Part shown: piece by piece, positions 18,689 to 26,074 of the stretch
Layout: each line of letters starts with the position of its first letter
Position numbering within the stretch: the stretch's first letter is position 1
Program-made: the position numbers and the translations under genes
IMG/VR virus record: IMGVR_UViG_3300012933_000191
Span: 1-37,528 of that record
DNA: 37,528 nt
Strand: one strand, 5' to 3'
Source of the DNA: a virus
Taxonomy: Duplodnaviria > Caudoviricetes
Notes under the pieces: model-generated
The model's database searches: none
What the model was told of the DNA's origin: nothing
The model's input: the letters and a program-made list of their open reading frames with translations, nothing else

Positions 18689-18765
18689 TGGCCTGCCCTG
18701 TTGGAGTTGAACCAACAACCTACGCCTTAGAAGGGCGTTGCTCTCTCCGTTTGAGCTAAGGGCAG
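18689..18765 (-). tRNA. tRNA-Arg (anticodon TCT)
   Basis: Minus strand CTGCCCT...AGGGCAG-G-CCA acceptor stem; anticodon arm ACGCC-CTTCTAA-GGCGT; T-arm GGTTCAACTCC; 77 nt with encoded CCA. Confidence 0.95.
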
Positions 18766-18771
18766 ATATTG

Positions 18772-19059
18772 TTAATCGTAATTATTCCATTCAGTCACTA
18801 CAAATTGTAGCTGGTAATAGGGCTGTCCTTCAAATGTTTCTTTACGCACATGAAAGCCGCCTGTTGCCGTTACAAATTCATCGTGTCCAATGCAATATTT
18901 CATTAGGCTTCTTGCTCGTTTACGAAGCTGTCCTAGAGAGGGAACTTCAGGGGGACTATCAAGACCTCCCCACTTCCAATCTAGATGCTCCATCACTTGC
19001 ATTACTTTTCCAAAGTCAAACTCATCTAGGATGTCATCAATGATTTGCTCTTCAGTCAC
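18772..19059 (-). CDS. Hypothetical protein
   Basis: GGAGG RBS, GTG start; FDF.KV..VM..LDW.W...ATGGF pattern. Confidence 0.7.
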   Translation of the reverse strand: MTEEQIIDDILDEFDFGKVMQVMEHLDWKWGGLDSPPEVPSLGQLRKRARSLMKYCIGHDEFVTATGGFHVRKETFEGQPYYQLQFVVTEWNNYD

Positions 19060-19681
19060 TTAGCACCTCCTTGATTGCCGGAAACTGTTCATAGATTATA
19101 CCACGAACTTTCTCTGCAACTTCACGATGTTCCTTTTGTGTTGCTTTATCACAACGGATTTCAATGAAATGAAGCCATGAACGAAGAGTTCCATTCATGT
19201 ACATGCGGCTTTGTGTCATTCCTTCTGGGAGCAGCTTACGGGCCTGCTCTTTAGCAATGCCTTTAGCCAAAGCACTTTCATACATAAACTGAGCCTCTGT
19301 CAACACACGTCTTTGAGCGCCTTCCCACCAATAAGCCAATTGACGGTCTTCTGTCTCTAGGCTGTTCTGGCGGTTCTTATCATCTTGTAGACGAGCCTCG
19401 CTTAGTTCAAAGCCTGTAGCAACAGCATAACGCTGGCTAAACTCCTGAAAAGAGAAGCTTCGGTGACGCAGGATTTGACGGGCAATGTCACGTGTGGTTT
19501 CAATCTCAAGACAAACATTCACCATTTCAAAAGGAGACCAGTGTTTGTTCTTAATAAGGTACTTGAGTAGTTTCGGAGCAGATGCAGGGTTGTTCTGGTT
19601 TGCCGGATTTGATACACGGGCCATACGAGCAACTAGCTCCTCTGCATTTGGTGTCACCCACACTAGGCTGACTTGTGACAT
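19052..19681 (-). CDS. thyX: Flavin-dependent thymidylate synthase
   Basis: HWSPFE, RHRSFSFQEFSQRY (RHRX7S) and ARKLLP motifs. Confidence 0.95.
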   Translation of the reverse strand: MSQVSLVWVTPNAEELVARMARVSNPANQNNPASAPKLLKYLIKNKHWSPFEMVNVCLEIETTRDIARQILRHRSFSFQEFSQRYAVATGFELSEARLQDDKNRQNSLETEDRQLAYWWEGAQRRVLTEAQFMYESALAKGIAKEQARKLLPEGMTQSRMYMNGTLRSWLHFIEIRCDKATQKEHREVAEKVRGIIYEQFPAIKEVLSD

Positions 19682-19820
19682 ATTGTTTTCCTTCTTCAAT
19701 TGCTTGTTTCAATACACTGATAAGGCCAAGATTAACCAAGGCCTCTACTTCCATTGGAGAGATGGTTAGGTCAAAGTCTGCACTACCATCCTCATTCTCC
19801 TTCTTTAGCATAAGCTCCAT
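19551..19820 (-). CDS. Hypothetical protein; 3' end overlaps thyX
   Basis: AGGAG RBS; ENEDGSA motif. Confidence 0.6.
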   Translation of the reverse strand: MELMLKKENEDGSADFDLTISPMEVEALVNLGLISVLKQAIEEGKQYVTSQPSVGDTKCRGASCSYGPCIKSGKPEQPCICSETTQVPY

Positions 19821-20038
19821 TAGGCTTCTCCTAAGAGCTGATGTGCTCGTTTAATCTGCTCCAGAGAGTAACTTGTTTTTAAAGAACTACCTACCTTTTG
19901 AATAGGTGACTCTTTACTAACTTTTTCTCTAGCTTCTCGTTCTAAAACATCATAAACAAGATCAGGCAGGATAGGCTCTGATAAAACATAGTAGAGATAG
20001 CGATGAGCCATCACTTCAGTTTCTAAGTCTTGTTCCAT
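19820..20038 (-). CDS. Stand-alone NAD+-dependent DNA ligase domain Ia-like protein
   Basis: HRYLYYVLSEPILPDLVYDVLE...SPIQKVG resembles the LigA N-terminal H...YY....P.I.D.EYD...SPT..VG. Confidence 0.7.
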   Translation of the reverse strand: MEQDLETEVMAHRYLYYVLSEPILPDLVYDVLEREAREKVSKESPIQKVGSSLKTSYSLEQIKRAHQLLGEA

Positions 20039-20039
20039 C

Positions 20040-20276
20040 TTACCACAAACCTTTCTTTTTTGGTTCAAAGAATTTAGCTTCAGGACCGCATCCCCATCTA
20101 CGCTCATTATCACAATATGCGTTTTCATAAATAGTTGTTTTTTTACCACTTACAAAGTCTACATTGGAGATGACACGTACTCTACACTTGCCAAATTCCC
20201 AACCGTAAAGCCAATCACGTTTACTGTGTTTACAGTCTTTACAGAATTTAATGGTTTCTTCTTTATTGTCTGTCAT
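20040..20276 (-). CDS. Cys-rich hypothetical protein
   Basis: CKDCKH...C...C..ER...CGPEAKFFE pattern. Confidence 0.65.
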   Translation of the reverse strand: MTDNKEETIKFCKDCKHSKRDWLYGWEFGKCRVRVISNVDFVSGKKTTIYENAYCDNERRWGCGPEAKFFEPKKKGLW

Positions 20277-20593
20277 GTTTCAAAGCTCCTTACTACACCT
20301 GATGGATTATCACCTTTGATTTCATACCGTGTTGCCTTCTTGATACGAGCCTTGATGAGTTCCTCATGGTCTTTTTGATGACGAATAAGGTTCTCACTAT
20401 GCTTCTTGATCAGCTCATAACACTCAGCATCATCAGAGGCCAATACAGCCTGTAAGCCGCCATATTCACTAGCAGGGAATGGAACCCAGTAGTTAACCAA
20501 ATAGAGGGTCTTAGAAGGCTCATTTAACGGCTGTACGGGTGCTTCTTTTAGCTTTGGGGGTCTTCCCTTCGGTTTCTTTTCTGCTTGTGACAT
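20273..20593 (-). CDS. Hypothetical protein with N-terminal KGRPPK (AT-hook-like)
   Basis: LYLVNYWVPFPASEYGG motif. Confidence 0.65.
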   Translation of the reverse strand: MSQAEKKPKGRPPKLKEAPVQPLNEPSKTLYLVNYWVPFPASEYGGLQAVLASDDAECYELIKKHSENLIRHQKDHEELIKARIKKATRYEIKGDNPSGVVRSFET

Positions 20594-20969
20594 GTTCTTT
20601 CCTTTCAAGTTTCTCTTCTTGTGTCTTTATAGAATGACAGGGCTTACACAGCACCTGTAAGTTCTCTTTCTCACAAAACATGTTGTTGATATATTCTTCC
20701 CACGTTGTAAAGCCTGTCTTGGTGTTAACAACAGGGAGGATGTGATCAACTTGAACATCAGCTGCTACAAACTCTTTCTTGCAACATGCACATTTATAAT
20801 GCATAGCCAGCTTGTTCGTCTTCTTGTTGGTCTTCCTGCCTATGTAGGCCTCTTTCAAGGCTTTATATTTAGGAGGCCATCTACGGGTTGCTGTACGAAG
20901 AGCAGACACTACAAAGCTTCTAAACCTTGCTGGTGTCCATTCTCCACAATTATATTTACGTTCTTTCAT
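20520..20969 (-). CDS. HNH endonuclease
   Basis: CACC...VQVDHILPV...NLQVLCKPCH. Confidence 0.88.
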   Translation of the reverse strand: MKERKYNCGEWTPARFRSFVVSALRTATRRWPPKYKALKEAYIGRKTNKKTNKLAMHYKCACCKKEFVAADVQVDHILPVVNTKTGFTTWEEYINNMFCEKENLQVLCKPCHSIKTQEEKLERKEHVTSRKETEGKTPKAKRSTRTAVK

Positions 20970-21232
20970 TGTCCTCCTCTTGCTCGGATTGCTTCAGCGC
21001 ATTTGTTTGGAAATACCACAACATACGGATAACTGTTGCTGTCCAGTTCATCACACAACTTTGCACACGCCTCACGCTCTTTAGCAGAAGCCTTGGCTTC
21101 CACCAGTTTGGCAAAGGCTTCAAGTTCTTCTGTGCATATACCGTCATAGCCAGGTGCGTGAACGTATTCAGGATCTCCTGCAATACCAAAGCCAGCTTCG
21201 TCCGCGAGCATGATGATTTCGTCTTGTGTCAT
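20966..21232 (-). CDS. Hypothetical small phage protein
   Basis: MTQDEII.LA.EAG...LEAFAKLV...EREACAKLCD...AIRARG pattern; ATGA overlaps. Confidence 0.7.
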   Translation of the reverse strand: MTQDEIIMLADEAGFGIAGDPEYVHAPGYDGICTEELEAFAKLVEAKASAKEREACAKLCDELDSNSYPYVVVFPNKCAEAIRARGGQ

Positions 21233-21903
21233 ACAGGAGGATTCCACATTTGACGAGGCTCTCTACGAAGCCACAGAAGTCTGCCATTCTCTAGCACTCT
21301 CTCTGCGCCCATTGCCTCCAAGCACACAGCATACAGCTCTTCTTCTGTCTTGGCCTTTGCAAGCATCTTCTCTGCTTTCACTGGACCAATCCCACGAATG
21401 CCTACAATGTTGTCTGCCTTGTCTCCCATCAAGATTTGCTTGTAAAAGAAACGCTGTCCTTCCTCTGCGGAGACATAATACTTTTTCTGTTTCACAAAAT
21501 TGTAATGCCATCCTTGCACCTGATCAAAATCTTTATCAAGGGAAACGATGATGGATTCATCACCGAGCTTTGTTGCACGAATAGCAATGAGATCATCGGC
21601 TTCTTCGTTGCTGCTTGTCTCTGCTGACCAAGCTGTTGTTAAGTATTCTCTGAGCAATGGAAGATGCACTGGCTTGTCAACATCCTTACGGTTTCCCTTA
21701 TAAGGAGTTGTCACAGCTATCTCTGTTCTGAAGTTGGTGTGTCCTGTTAAGAACACTTCCCATTCATCCAAATCAAGCTGTGACATCAACACATCTTCAA
21801 GAAAGGTAGCCATCGTCTTGATAGCTACGCTTTCAGGCTCGTTCTTACAGGCAAATGCTATGCGGTAGCACATCATGTCGCCATCAACGAGAGCAATGGA
21901 CAT
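21229..21903 (-). CDS. 5'-3' exonuclease (T7 gp6 / PIN-like)
   Basis: LVDGD, YKGNR, EADD, SLDKD and GDKADNIVGIRGIGP motifs. Confidence 0.92.
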   Translation of the reverse strand: MSIALVDGDMMCYRIAFACKNEPESVAIKTMATFLEDVLMSQLDLDEWEVFLTGHTNFRTEIAVTTPYKGNRKDVDKPVHLPLLREYLTTAWSAETSSNEEADDLIAIRATKLGDESIIVSLDKDFDQVQGWHYNFVKQKKYYVSAEEGQRFFYKQILMGDKADNIVGIRGIGPVKAEKMLAKAKTEEELYAVCLEAMGAERVLENGRLLWLRREPRQMWNPPV

Positions 21904-22052
21904 TAGGCTTCCTGCGGAGGTGTAGGAGGCAGTTGTGCCTTCACTTGTTGATCAATGTTAGCCAGCAAGACATAAGCTCCTGTCTTAGTTGGCAATTCAC
22001 CAAGCACTTGCAAGATGAAATCAACTTCGTTTTGGTTTAGTTCAATCTTCAC
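21903..22052 (-). CDS. Hypothetical protein (49 aa); absent from the ORF track
   Basis: GTG start; MKIELNQNEVDFILQVLGELPTKTGAY...; overlaps both neighbours by 1-4 nt. Confidence 0.65.
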   Translation of the reverse strand: MKIELNQNEVDFILQVLGELPTKTGAYVLLANIDQQVKAQLPPTPPQEA

Positions 22053-22498
22053 AGAACAACCTCGTCTTCTTCTTGAGCTGCCTCAGCGGCAACCATAGGA
22101 GCAACCAAGTCTTTAATCTTGATGGCTGGGTATTTATCACTGTGCATCAAAGAAGGAGCATTACCATGCATAGCTGTCATCTTGTGTGCATAGCTGCTCA
22201 CGGTCAATTCAGCCACTGTGCCATTACCAATCAAGGAAGGGTCAACTTCTTTGCCTTCGGCATCAACAGCTTTGATTTCCCATTTGGTCTTGACAATGAT
22301 GTACTTGCCACGATTGTATTTGTCATCAGCTTTCTGTTTCACCTTCACATTAAGCTCATTCTGCAAACGTGCAACGAGGCTGTCAGACAGGTCTCCGATG
22401 CAGATTTCATAGCGAGTCTCAGCAGGGTTGAACTCAGTGTTAGGCTTAGTCATGTGATGAGCCCAGAAGAGTTTACCAACCAGTTTTACTTGTGTCAT
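22049..22498 (-). CDS. Single-stranded DNA-binding protein (T7 gp2.5-like)
   Basis: G.LFWA, IGNGT motif and acidic C-terminal tail EEDEVVL; lies between polymerase and exonuclease. Confidence 0.7.
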   Translation of the reverse strand: MTQVKLVGKLFWAHHMTKPNTEFNPAETRYEICIGDLSDSLVARLQNELNVKVKQKADDKYNRGKYIIVKTKWEIKAVDAEGKEVDPSLIGNGTVAELTVSSYAHKMTAMHGNAPSLMHSDKYPAIKIKDLVAPMVAAEAAQEEDEVVL

Positions 22499-22578
22499 TT
22501 TAGTTTCCTTTGTTTATAAAAATGCTGTCTTTCCAGCTGTCAACTTGTAGCGTAAGCAAATACGAACGCTAGTGAGTG

Positions 22579-22779
22579 TTATTGTAACAGGTTTCCGCTG
22601 GCTTTGTCAATAGCCCCACGATAAATTAAATTAGATACAGCATTGTTTAGAATGTTTAGTACCTCATCTTCACTATCAAATGGGCTATGAACTAAGAACA
22701 GCTGATTGTCTTTAACAAAGAGATGGACTGATGTGTCGCATTCCTCTGCCAGCTTTCGCATTGTCTCTTCATCATTCAT
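22579..22779 (-). CDS. Hypothetical protein
   Basis: 66 aa; start overlaps the polymerase stop. Confidence 0.55.
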   Translation of the reverse strand: MNDEETMRKLAEECDTSVHLFVKDNQLFLVHSPFDSEDEVLNILNNAVSNLIYRGAIDKASGNLLQ

Positions 22780-24569
22780 CAGTGTGTCTCCTTCCAGTTA
22801 GCTCCAATGCTGTATTCACCAGACACAGGGCAGAACAGTTTCAATTCTATGCCTGCTTCTTGGATGGATTGTACAGCAAGTTTGCCTACAGCATCAGCAT
22901 ATTGTTTCTTTGTTTCAATCTGCCATTCATCATGAACATTAGCACAGAAGCCATGTGGTATTTTATGAACACGTAGGTGCTTATCAAGAAGTACCAACGC
23001 TTTCTTCATAACAATGGCTCCAGCTCCTTGTAGCAGGCTGTTAAGGGCAGCGTGTTGGCTTCTAACCCATATCTTCCTGCCGTCTAAGCCCCGCACAAAG
23101 CCTGCCTGTGCAGCAACAGCCACCTTCTCAAGCAATGCCTTCAGAGAAGGGGTTTGTTCAAGGAACTTAGCTTTAAGTTTTGCACCCTGCACCGAGCTTC
23201 CTCCAACAATACTTCCAATCTTTGCATCTCCCGCTCCATAGAGGAAGGCATAGATGAATGTCTTTGCAGAGTCTCTTGTATCAAGTCCCGCAGCTCGCTG
23301 GTTAACTGTATGCACATCTGTTCCGTCTTTGCTGCTTCCATCGCATACTGTTTTGACATAATCATCATCTTTCATGTAATGGGCCAACATACGCAGCTCA
23401 AGGCCACTAGCATCAGCACCAACAAGCACATTGTCCTTATCCACTGTCCACAGCTCACGACACTCAGGGCCGTAGATGGAGCCACTGTTAGGCACTTGGG
23501 CCATGTTAGGGCTGCTGTGTGTCATACGGCCTGTTACAGCCCCATTGGTGTTGACACGTCCATGTACACGTCCATCAGGCTTCACCTCTTCTAGCCAGCT
23601 TGACACCTGTGCTACACGCTTCTGTAGCATCAAATATTCAAGCAAAGCCTTAGCCTCTGGCAGGTCAATCTTCTCTAGCACCTTTTCATCGACAATGATG
23701 GAGCCTTTGTCTGTAGTCTTAGAGAACTTAACACCCAACCCTTGCAACCGTTCAGCAATTTGTTGTCGAGAACCAGGGTTGAAGGGAATGATACGTTTCT
23801 TCATGGGGCCTGCCACCGCTTCATCTGCTAATGAAGATTTAAAGCCTGCTTCTTTAAGAATACGTTTCAACTCTGACTTAGTCTCAGCTTGACAATCCCC
23901 AATCTGCCAATAAGCAGGCTTCTTCATCTCTTCGATGATAGGAGGGAATATGCTCTGTAGCTGATTTTCAATATCAACCATCTTACCAGTAAGAGTCGCC
24001 AATAGGCCCTGAGCTTTCGGAATGTCGAGTTTAAAGCCATGTTGGTGTTGTCGTTGTAAAATGATTGCTACATCGTGTTCCAGCTTACGGCAGTCTTGTG
24101 AGAACTTCTCTTGATCAAGCATTTTGTCAATGAGCTTCTCAACTTTGACCAACACAGCCACGTCCTGTTGACAATATTCAATCATCAAAGGAAGAGAAGG
24201 GTTGTCATAGCAGTTGCCTTCTAAGCCAAGCTCTTTCCAGCGTTGCTCATAGTCAATCTTGCTCTCCCCTACCCTTTCGCCCCATGCCTTCAAGCTGTGG
24301 CCTCCTTCGATATTTGGATTGTATAGACGAGACAAGATCAAGGTATCTTTCGCCTTCTTCGCTGGTATCGTCACGCCCCAGCACTTCTTCAGGACTGGAC
24401 CATCGAAGCCTATCAAGTTGTGTGCGATCACTGTTTCTGAGTTTTCGATTAAGGGTGTGAGTGTATCCGGCTTTGTGTGACATACATATCCATTGTTTTC
24501 ATCATACGTGAAACAACACCAAATCTTATCGTGAGTTGTTGTTGTCTCAATGTCTAAGAAGAGTTTCAC
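22779..24569 (-). CDS. polA: DNA polymerase family A (T7 gp5-like) with 3'-5' exonuclease
   Basis: ExoI DIET, ExoII HNLIGFD, motif A DASGLELR, motif B RDSAKTFIYAFLYG (Tyr at the 762-equivalent position, as in T7), motif C VHDE. Confidence 0.96.
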   Translation of the reverse strand: MKLFLDIETTTTHDKIWCCFTYDENNGYVCHTKPDTLTPLIENSETVIAHNLIGFDGPVLKKCWGVTIPAKKAKDTLILSRLYNPNIEGGHSLKAWGERVGESKIDYEQRWKELGLEGNCYDNPSLPLMIEYCQQDVAVLVKVEKLIDKMLDQEKFSQDCRKLEHDVAIILQRQHQHGFKLDIPKAQGLLATLTGKMVDIENQLQSIFPPIIEEMKKPAYWQIGDCQAETKSELKRILKEAGFKSSLADEAVAGPMKKRIIPFNPGSRQQIAERLQGLGVKFSKTTDKGSIIVDEKVLEKIDLPEAKALLEYLMLQKRVAQVSSWLEEVKPDGRVHGRVNTNGAVTGRMTHSSPNMAQVPNSGSIYGPECRELWTVDKDNVLVGADASGLELRMLAHYMKDDDYVKTVCDGSSKDGTDVHTVNQRAAGLDTRDSAKTFIYAFLYGAGDAKIGSIVGGSSVQGAKLKAKFLEQTPSLKALLEKVAVAAQAGFVRGLDGRKIWVRSQHAALNSLLQGAGAIVMKKALVLLDKHLRVHKIPHGFCANVHDEWQIETKKQYADAVGKLAVQSIQEAGIELKLFCPVSGEYSIGANWKETH

Positions 24570-25003
24570 TTTTTCTCCAATTGTTTCTCTACCAGTGTAG
24601 CATAACCACAGATGTCATGCCAGCTATCGTCATAATAAGGGTTGCCATTGACAATGCGTGACATCTTGTTACAAATCATATCAAGACTCTCTTGCATGTA
24701 AGGCTCCATGCTATGCCAGCTCTTTGAATAACGCAAGGTTTTCTTCAGCTCTTGTGCTGCATATGCAACATCACGGTAGTCGCCGTAGTTGTTGCCACGT
24801 TGTTCAAGGGTTTCATCAATAGTTTTGTTCATGTTTGTCTTTCTTCCAATCATTACAGGGGCAATTTTCTTCAGCTCGTCAGTGTCACAACGAATAGGGA
24901 TGATACCAGCATCTAAGCGTTGACGCAAGAGCTGACCAAGGTTATTGTTAGTTCCATCAAGGGCATCGCCCCAATCGTCTGTGTTGTGGTCTTTCATCTT
25001 CAT
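24566..25003 (-). CDS. DUF6378-like protein (possible internal start at 24832)
   Basis: TLEQRGNNYGDY...ESLDMICNKMSRIVNGNP.Y.DSWHDICGYATLV. Confidence 0.7.
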   Translation of the reverse strand: MKMKDHNTDDWGDALDGTNNNLGQLLRQRLDAGIIPIRCDTDELKKIAPVMIGRKTNMNKTIDETLEQRGNNYGDYRDVAYAAQELKKTLRYSKSWHSMEPYMQESLDMICNKMSRIVNGNPYYDDSWHDICGYATLVEKQLEKK

Positions 25004-25422
25004 ACAAAGTCTTTCAGGTTAGGAGCACGGTAGTTAGGGCCTTTGGAGATTTTACCATAAGGAGTGAAGATGGGTTGACCTGTTTCTTGGTCAAACTTGC
25101 TCCAATTGCTTCGGTTCACTTCCTCCACTGCTTCGGCTGTACGCATTTTAGCACAATGCCCAACACCAATAGCAGTAACAACTTGATCAGCCAAACTATC
25201 GAGGAATGCTTGACGGTCTTTAATAACGACAACTGTTTCTCCTTGTTTCAAACGTGTTGCAAGGAGACCTAGTTCATCAGCCAGAGCAGCCCAGCTGTGG
25301 TGCATCTCTAATGCATCAAACATCTCCACAATCTCTTCAATATGACAGCCAATCTGCACCTGCAAGTCATCAGGGGTTGGCTCTGGTCTAGCACGTTTGT
25401 GCCATAGTTCTACGTTACGCAT
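25000..25422 (-). CDS. MazG/PRA-PH-like nucleotide pyrophosphohydrolase
   Basis: EEIVE, DSLADQVV and EVNRSNWSK...GKISKGPNY..P.L. Confidence 0.8.
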   Translation of the reverse strand: MRNVELWHKRARPEPTPDDLQVQIGCHIEEIVEMFDALEMHHSWAALADELGLLATRLKQGETVVVIKDRQAFLDSLADQVVTAIGVGHCAKMRTAEAVEEVNRSNWSKFDQETGQPIFTPYGKISKGPNYRAPNLKDFV

Positions 25423-25609
25423 TGTCTGTCCTTTGATAATGTATGTTAGGAGGGGTGTTAATCAAATGTTTTTCTTCATTAAGAAGGAGGCGAACCTTGT
25501 CACAAATACTAGCCATTAGATCATGTCTATGTGCGTCACTATAGCTTTTATGCATTACAACATCAAAAGTTATAGACACTTTGTTGTGTTCAAAATGCTT
25601 TCCTGTCAT
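25415..25609 (-). CDS. Hypothetical protein
   Basis: AAGGA RBS; 64 aa. Confidence 0.5.
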   Translation of the reverse strand: MTGKHFEHNKVSITFDVVMHKSYSDAHRHDLMASICDKVRLLLNEEKHLINTPPNIHYQRTDNA

Positions 25610-25764
25610 TGCTTTTTCCTTGGTTTTAATGTTAGCAGCTTTTCTGTCACTTTAACATAGCTGCGTCCGTCTCTGTCTTTTCTTTCCACCCCATGCATTG
25701 TCTTTACAGGGGTGTTGGGAAAAGGCCACTTATCATCAGGCTCAAAGGGCTTCTTGTTTGTCAT
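25606..25764 (-). CDS. Hypothetical protein with WPFP motif; absent from the ORF track
   Basis: MTNKKPFEPDDKWPFPNTPVKTMHG...KPRKKQ*; fills the gap; ATGA overlap. Confidence 0.55.
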   Translation of the reverse strand: MTNKKPFEPDDKWPFPNTPVKTMHGVERKDRDGRSYVKVTEKLLTLKPRKKQ

Positions 25765-26074
25765 TATAAGTCTTGCCAATCTCTGCCGCTGCTCTTACGA
25801 TTGCTCGGCGCATCTCTGCATACTTATCTTCACGTTTATGAGAAAAATGCATATCAAACAATTCCATGTTTTCCCAAAACAAATCTAATTTCACAGCCAA
25901 CCGCAGCGCATCACCATCGTCTAACAAAGGATTCCATTCCGAATTAAAACAGTCTCCACCAGAATGAAAACAAATAAAACTTTCATCCGTAAAAACGCTA
26001 AATTCAATATCAACATTAGCCGCCTTTGCAGCCAGTTCTAGCAGCGTCCTATCGGACATGTTTTTATCTGTCAT
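25742..26074 (-). CDS. Hypothetical phage protein
   Basis: LLELAAKAA...WNPL.DDGDALRLAVKL...RRAIVRAAAEIG pattern. Confidence 0.75.
   Translation of the reverse strand: MTDKNMSDRTLLELAAKAANVDIEFSVFTDESFICFHSGGDCFNSEWNPLLDDGDALRLAVKLDLFWENMELFDMHFSHKREDKYAEMRRAIVRAAAEIGKTYNDKQEAL

Noticed and set aside
20520-20969. HNH gene as an intron-borne homing endonuclease
   Set aside because: Free-standing; polymerase, RNR, terL and thyX ORFs are uninterrupted
22516-22543. TTGACA upstream of SSB as a sigma70 promoter
   Set aside because: No convincing -10 at 16-18 bp spacing
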